Below, piece after piece: positions 15,782 through 17,659 of a DNA stretch of 17,659 nucleotides (its first letter is position 1; each line of letters begins with the position of its first letter). The notes beneath the pieces are model-generated. The model did no database searches. It was not told the origin of the DNA and saw only the letters and a program-made list of their open reading frames with translations. Both the position numbers and the translations under genes were made by a program. This stretch comes from Planctomycetota bacterium (GTDB lineage: Bacteria; Planctomycetota; UBA1135; UBA2386). The DNA is taken from contig CANMWZ010000054.1 of assembly GCA_947501605.1 (NCBI GenBank), positions 1 to 17,659 of the forward strand, given 5' to 3'.

Positions 15782-16900
15782 ATGGCACGCAAGGGCAGCA
15801 AATCGTCCGGCAAGCTTGGCCTCAAGATTGCTCTCGCCTGCGGCGGCTCCGCGTTGTTGGCAGGGCTCGCCGGCGCCTTGGTTGTGCTGATGAATCTGTC
15901 GGGTTCGATCCCGTCTTCGCACGAAGACGTGTTGCAGCGAGGCAAGCTTGCGGCGCTCGCCGTTCCGTTCGTGCTCGGCATCGTCGGCGGTATCGCTGGC
16001 TGGTTTGTCGGTGGTCGGTTGGCATCGCGCCTCACGGACCTGGCCTTGGCCGTCTCCAAGCTCGGCCGCGGTGGTACCGAGGTCAAAGTTCGGGTGACTG
16101 GCGATGATGAAGTCGCGGCACTCGGTCGATCGCTGCAGTACCTAGCCAATGACCTGACCGAAGTGCTCAAGCAAGACGACGGCAAGGGCGGTGGCGCACT
16201 GGCGACGATGGACCCGCAGGTCCGTCAACTGCGTGACAAGGCACTGCCGCCGTCGATGCCCGACTGCCCTGGTTTCGAATTGGACGGTGCGCTCGCGGCT
16301 GGCTCGCGCGGCGGCCTCGACTACTACGGCGCCCACTCGGTCGAAGGCTCCATGGTCGTGTATCTCGTGAGTGGCGAGGGTCATTCGGCGCTCGCCGTCG
16401 TCGCTTGCCGCATGGCCCGCGACGAACTGCAGCGCGCCCTCGCGCAGGGCGCAAACCCACGCAAAGCCCTCAGCCATACGAACCGCGTGCTGCAGCAGGC
16501 CTTGCCCGCTGGCGTCTGCGCCAAAGCCACGCTGCTGCAACTGAGTGTCGACGGCGCCAAGCTCTACCAAGCAGGAGCTCGCTCGCCGTTGCTCGTCTGT
16601 CAGCGTGGCGAGTTGCGCGAATTGGCCGCCGAAGGCCTGGCACTCGGACTCGACGACGGGCCGGTGTTCGAGAAGTCGCTGCGCCCGCAGGAGTTCGCGT
16701 TGACGCCTGGTACTCGCCTGCTGCTGGTCAACGAGGCCGCACTGCGCACGCAGTCGTTCCAAGAACGCGTGCTCGAGCACACCAGTCGCCACACTGCGAT
16801 GTTCATGAACATGCTGCTCGGCGGTATCGAAGAAGACGCGGGCAGCGACGGTTTGCGCGAGGACGTGCTGGTGATCACGGCGAAGCGCACCGGCCAGTAG
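15782..16900 (+). CDS. Membrane HAMP + SpoIIE/PP2C-like domain protein, catalytically degenerate
   Basis: Two TM helices, a HAMP domain (DDEVAALGRSL), then LP..P...G, GGLDYYG, N..L, AG..P and G.ALG motifs of the RsbU type. Confidence 0.8.
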   Translation: MARKGSKSSGKLGLKIALACGGSALLAGLAGALVVLMNLSGSIPSSHEDVLQRGKLAALAVPFVLGIVGGIAGWFVGGRLASRLTDLALAVSKLGRGGTEVKVRVTGDDEVAALGRSLQYLANDLTEVLKQDDGKGGGALATMDPQVRQLRDKALPPSMPDCPGFELDGALAAGSRGGLDYYGAHSVEGSMVVYLVSGEGHSALAVVACRMARDELQRALAQGANPRKALSHTNRVLQQALPAGVCAKATLLQLSVDGAKLYQAGARSPLLVCQRGELRELAAEGLALGLDDGPVFEKSLRPQEFALTPGTRLLLVNEAALRTQSFQERVLEHTSRHTAMFMNMLLGGIEEDAGSDGLREDVLVITAKRTGQ

Positions 16901-17083
16901 GCCTCTGGCGGTCGCCGCCCCGCGGACGGCATTTGGCGGGTGCTGGCGTGGGCAAGAGAACCTGACCCGCGACGATGAGGTTGCCCCGCGTCGTTGACGA
17001 CGGCGCGTCGAGTTGGTCACCTGCGCCGCCCGATGTGCTCGCCAAGAGCGCGTCGTACTCGACGAGCCGAGGCCGGTCACCCC

Positions 17084-17380
17084 ATGACGACGTTTCAGCA
17101 ACGCATTGAAGAGATCTATCTCGAACGCGATCGCGCTCGTGGCACACAAGGAACGTTGCTGTGGTTCGTCGAGGAGGTCGGCGAGTTGGTCCGAGCGATC
17201 CGCCGCGGGGAACGCAACAACCTCGAAGAGGAGTTCGCCGACGTCTATGCGTGGCTGGCGACGCTGGCGTCGCTGCACGGGCTCGATCTCGACGAGATCG
17301 GGCGCAAGAAGTACGCGGCTGGATGTCCGCGGTGTCGCGCGGTGCCGTGCGCGTGTCCGCATCCGAAGCCTGTGACCTGA
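17084..17380 (+). CDS. MazG-like nucleotide pyrophosphohydrolase with a C-terminal Cys cluster
   Basis: EEVGEL..EEEFADV..WL..LA and KY..GCPRC...PC.C; ATG 17084. Confidence 0.9.
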   Translation: MTTFQQRIEEIYLERDRARGTQGTLLWFVEEVGELVRAIRRGERNNLEEEFADVYAWLATLASLHGLDLDEIGRKKYAAGCPRCRAVPCACPHPKPVT

Positions 17381-17390
17381 CGGAGCGACG

Positions 17391-17659
17391 ATGGACTGGG
17401 CCCCGACCGTTGCCACCGGCCTCGTGCTCGCGCTCGTGTTCGGCACGATCGCGCGACGCCTGGGCCAATCGCCGTTGCTGGGCTATCTGCTCGCGGGCGT
17501 GCTGATCGGTCCGCACACGCCTGGCTTCGTCGGCAGCGCCGACCTCGCGGGCCAGCTCGCGGACGTCGGCGTGATCCTGCTGATGTTCGGCGTCGGGCTC
17601 GGCTTCTCGTTCCAGGACCTGTGGTCGGTGCGAAGGCTCGCCGTGCCGGGCGCACTCGC
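17391..17659 (+). CDS. CPA2 cation:proton antiporter (YbaL/RosB-like), 5' part only
   Basis: Not in the ORF track because there is no stop in the window. Reads MDWAPTVATGLVLALVFG..SPLLGYLLAGVLIGPHTPGFV..LADVGVILLMFGVGL; GGAG upstream. Confidence 0.92.
   Translation, partial: MDWAPTVATGLVLALVFGTIARRLGQSPLLGYLLAGVLIGPHTPGFVGSADLAGQLADVGVILLMFGVGLGFSFQDLWSVRRLAVPGAL

Noticed and set aside
1..17659. tRNA, rRNA, CRISPR, transposase/integrase or defence genes
   Set aside because: None recognised by eye. The MazG-like gene sits in housekeeping context with no defence partners.

Overview
High-GC bacterial window. The gene content and the style of the secreted proteins suggest an uncultured Planctomycetota-like organism (inference, not verified). 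The left half (1-11.1 kb) is accessory: an ankyrin protein, two large secreted proteins sharing a conserved C-terminal domain (CTD), a small membrane protein, OsmC, a signal-peptide SDR, a DUF1570/gluzincin-like metallopeptidase and a GT-C-type glycosyltransferase. The right half is housekeeping: pth-rpsF-rpsR-rplI, rimO-pgsA-pgpA, a HAMP/PP2C-like protein, a MazG-like protein and a partial CPA2 antiporter. Most notable observations: (1) a shared ~120-aa CTD on two unrelated secreted proteins, plus a frameshifted third copy in an apparent intergenic gap, which is a candidate export/sorting signal; (2) Gln at +1 in all four predicted signal-peptide proteins; (3) lysyl-oxidase-like motifs and a NIDO-like module in the 738-aa protein; (4) an S18 with a long Gly/Tyr repeat extension where ssb often lies; (5) a candidate S6:S18 RNA leader; (6) a likely pseudo-phosphatase. 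All family assignments come from motif recognition by eye; no searches were run.
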